In this document: positions 60,519 through 64,000 of the stretch, in pieces | Layout: every line of letters begins with the position of its first letter | How positions within the stretch are numbered: the stretch's first letter is position 1 | DNA from: Chrysomallon squamiferum | Lineage: Eukaryota > Animalia > Mollusca | Reading direction: 5' to 3' | Assembly: GCA_012295275.1 (NCBI GenBank) | Contig: CM022670.1 | Coordinates: 12,276,001-12,340,000, forward strand | Length of the DNA stretch: 64,000 bases | The notes under the pieces: model-generated | The model's input: only the letters and a program-made list of their open reading frames with translations | Database searches by the model: none | Told to the model about the DNA's origin: nothing | Position numbers and translations under genes: made by a program

Positions 60519-61332
60519 GAGAAGAAGAAGATGTTGATGATGTTGTTGATTAAGTGATGTTGATGATGATGATAATAAATTAAAAATAAAAGTAACAAAA
60601 TGTTATTAAAGGTTTGAATCTGGCTATTTTGTAATGCAGAAGCAGCACATTGTTGATACAACGTTATTAGATGAATTTAAAATAGTTATGGATTCCTTGT
60701 CAAGTGACGCAAGAAAGTGAGCGAAGTGCTAATAGCAAAACATAAAAGATTTACGTTTATGTTACAATATTCACTTGAAATATATTTTTTTCCCTTTAAT
60801 TATATATAATAAACATTTAAAATAGTTCTATCCATATATAGTAAGAACATAAATATGTTCACCATTTATCAACGAATTAAAACAGAATACATGTATTTTA
60901 CATAGTTGAAAAGGTACTCCATTTTTCTTTCTTTTCCTTTTTTCCAGGCTTTCCATTTTCCATAGTTTCTTTTTTCCCCACTTTTTAGTTTCAGTTATGT
61001 TGGCATAGTTAATTTCATTTATAAGGTTTCATTAATGCTCTCGTTAGAAAACAGTCTTACCAAAGCCTCAAGTATTCCCTTTTTTTTTATCTTCCCTACA
61101 TAAGAATTCTGTTTCCAAGTGTTTGCAACTCGGCTTGTGACTTAACAGCAAAAGGAAACCATAGTCTGAGTAAATACTTTAATTATAAATTAATGTTCAT
61201 GTATTAAGCTCAAAATTGTAAAGGTTTCTTTTTATCTAACGAATAATTTTAATACGGTAACATATTGAAGAAAATAAACTAGGATATACTTTTTTCTTGG
61301 AAAACAACAATCAGTCAATCAGTCAGTCAATC

Positions 61333-61380
61333 ACTATCTATATCTCTGTCTATCTATCTGTCTGGTTATCTATCTATCTG

Positions 61381-61411
<31 letters not shown>

Positions 61412-61484
61412 GTCTGTCTGTCTGTCTGTCTATCCATCTATCTATCTATCTATTTATCTGTCTATCTATCTATCTATCTGCCTG

Positions 61485-61571
<87 letters not shown>
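61333..61571. repeat. (TCTA/TCTG)n plus (AAT)n compound microsatellite
   Basis: Directly visible. Confidence 0.95.
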
Positions 61572-62345
61572 CACCCAAACCTAAAATAAATAATAAAGAA
61601 ACAACAAAAAAAAAAAGAAGTACAGCAAAACAAACAAAAAAAAAAAAAAAAAAAAAAATGAAAGAAAAGAAAATAATAAAGTAAAACAATTCCGATTATC
61701 AGTCAGAAGTTTCTGCCGTTATTATTAACTAATCAAGATATTTTTTCAGTCGTCAATCAGCTAACAACATTTATTTCACTGTTAGTCGTAACTGGATTCT
61801 TCATTAGCGATCTGTCGATTGTACAGTCCCAGACCTAAATCAGCGCCATTGAATTTGACTGCTGTGACGTCATATCGTAGCTTGATGACCTGTTAAAAGT
61901 TATCTACTAAATAGAGCTTGACATGGCTTCCGTGGTCACGATCGACAAAACAAAACTGATTCGTCACATTTTTGTCAAAATGCCAACTCCTGCCACATTA
62001 GGTTTTTTTTTGAAAAATCAAGTGACAGCTAATCAAAACGGCTATAAATACAGACACGTTGTAATCTGAGATTTAACAGACTCCTTTGAGAGATGAAATA
62101 AAGCTTATCAGTGTGCATTATATTGTAGATCATATTTTTTATTTTTTTTTAAATACATACAGATATACACACACACACATACATACATACATAAATACAT
62201 ACATACATTCGTACACACATATACATATAGTCTATGAAAAATGTTATTTAATGAAACATGCCATGATGGATATAACTATAGTTCAGTGCAATATATATTA
62301 AGGTAAATTAGCATTTGTTGTTACCACTGAAACTCGCCGCTTGCA

Positions 62346-62427
<82 letters not shown>

Positions 62428-63280
62428 GTAACAAATTGTAACACTGAAATAAATGTCATTCTCCTCCATTCAATTCGAAAAGACAAAAACCCATTTCAAT
62501 AATGAAAACCGAGAGAAATTCACGAAATAAATAAGCCAATAAATCAAGCGTACTGTATACCCAAATTTTACAAAGAAACCAGGAACACAATATATAATCA
62601 ATCATACGTACATACAAACATACACACACACATACATAAGAAAATCAATACATTATATCACATCTGAGCATCAGAGACTCTTCTGTGTGCTGTGTGCTGT
62701 GTGTTGCCGTCTAACACACACGTCCCTTCCTCCTGCTTGCGACGGCAGCCACTGAGCACGGATATTGATTTGCAGCGAAGACAAAAGCAAGATAAATGTT
62801 CCAGCGGAGTGATAGTCCGAATTGTTGCCTTCTCTGACTGCAGATCCTGTACAGACTGAGTTCTGTCTACCGCAGATAAACCTCATGTCTGAAAAAAAGA
62901 GTCAAGTAGTGGGGAGGAAATGTGAAGGAAAAATAATGATGTAGATAATTATACGTAATATATAATATATGAGCAGTTTGGTGTAAATTATGCACATATG
63001 TACGTAGGTGTGTTAATATTTGTATACGAATGTTTATTATAATAATTAAGTTTGTTTTGTACGTACCTATGGATGTATGTATGTATTTTATTACCGAATG
63101 TTCTCCGTCTTGTGTACGTCAGTATTCTGGAACTCACTGGCGCAGGAGGACAAAGTCCAGTCACGGCCTCACAAACCCCGTCAGATGTTGCTCACGTGAC
63201 TCGAACGTTTGGCACCCGTTCACCCGCACCCCGAAGGAGGACGACTTTATCGTTCGGCCTTCAAGACAACTTTGTATTTG

Positions 63281-63340
63281 TATATGTATGTACGTATGTA
63301 TGTATGTATGTATGTATGTATGTATGTATGTATGTATGTA

Positions 63341-63371
<31 letters not shown>

Positions 63372-63910
63372 GTGTGTGTATGTATGTATGTATGTATGTA
63401 TGTATGTATGTATGTATGTGTGTGTGTGTATGTATGTATGTATGTATGTATTCATGGATGGATGGATGGATGTGTGTGTGTATGTATGTATGTATGTGTG
63501 TATGTATGTATGTGTGTATGTATGTATGTATGGATGTGTGTATGTATGTATGTGTGTGTGTATGTATGTATATATGTATGTATGTATGTATGGATGTGTG
63601 TATGTATGTATGTGTATATATATATATATGTATGTATGTATGTGTGTGTATATATGTATATATGTATGTATGTGTGTATGTATGTATGTATGTATGTATG
63701 TGTGTATGTATGTATGTATGTGTGTATGTATGTATGTGTGTATGTATGTATGTATGGATGTGTGTATGTATGCATGTGTGTGTATGTATGTATGTATGTA
63801 TGTATGTATGTATGTATGTATGTATATATATGTATGTAAGTATGTGTGTGTGTATCTTGTGTATGTCTGAATGTCAGTGTGTGTGTTTGTGTGTGCAGTG
63901 AGTGTGTGTC
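63281..63910. repeat. Long (TATG/TG)n compound microsatellite
   Basis: Directly visible; explains the five long overlapping low-complexity ORFs at 63030-64000. Confidence 0.97.
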
Positions 63911-64000
63911 TCCAGCTACAAACACAGTAAACACACATACACAAATAAATACATAAATGAAAAAAGGAGTAAAAAACTTCTGCAAAATGTGTATGTACAT

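Noticed and set aside
63030-64000. Longest ORFs in the track (182-272 aa, rich in C/M/Y/V or H/T/Y/I)
   Set aside because: They are translations of (TATG)n/(TG)n microsatellite, open in several frames on both strands.

Overview
AT-rich, microsatellite-dense animal genomic DNA, probably from a mollusc or other lophotrochozoan (inferred from receptor sequence style and SINE-like remnants). It is not prokaryotic, and most ORFs in the supplied track are simple-repeat artefacts. One gene dominates the window: a 17-exon, + strand AMPA-type ionotropic glutamate receptor subunit (ATG 7050 to TGA 49379, about 884-894 aa). I reconstructed it exon by exon with GT-AG boundaries and matching phases. It has a signal peptide, ATD, S1, M1, M2 (GAFMQQG), M3 (SYTANLAAY), S2, M4 and a C-tail ending in the PDZ-type motif TQTIV. 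The main oddity is that splice junctions have been tandemly amplified at three places. About 12 copies of the exon-11 end plus donor and 7 copies of the exon-12 acceptor plus start sit at the two ends of the same M2-M3 intron, and the last acceptor is duplicated. Every extra copy in the M2-M3 intron leads to a premature stop, and each acceptor unit reads formally as a GT...AG mini-intron. Exon 2 carries an apparent 2-nt frameshift, which may be an assembly artefact or a null allele. Weak candidates for minus-strand neighbouring exons lie near 2.5 kb, 57 kb and 63 kb.
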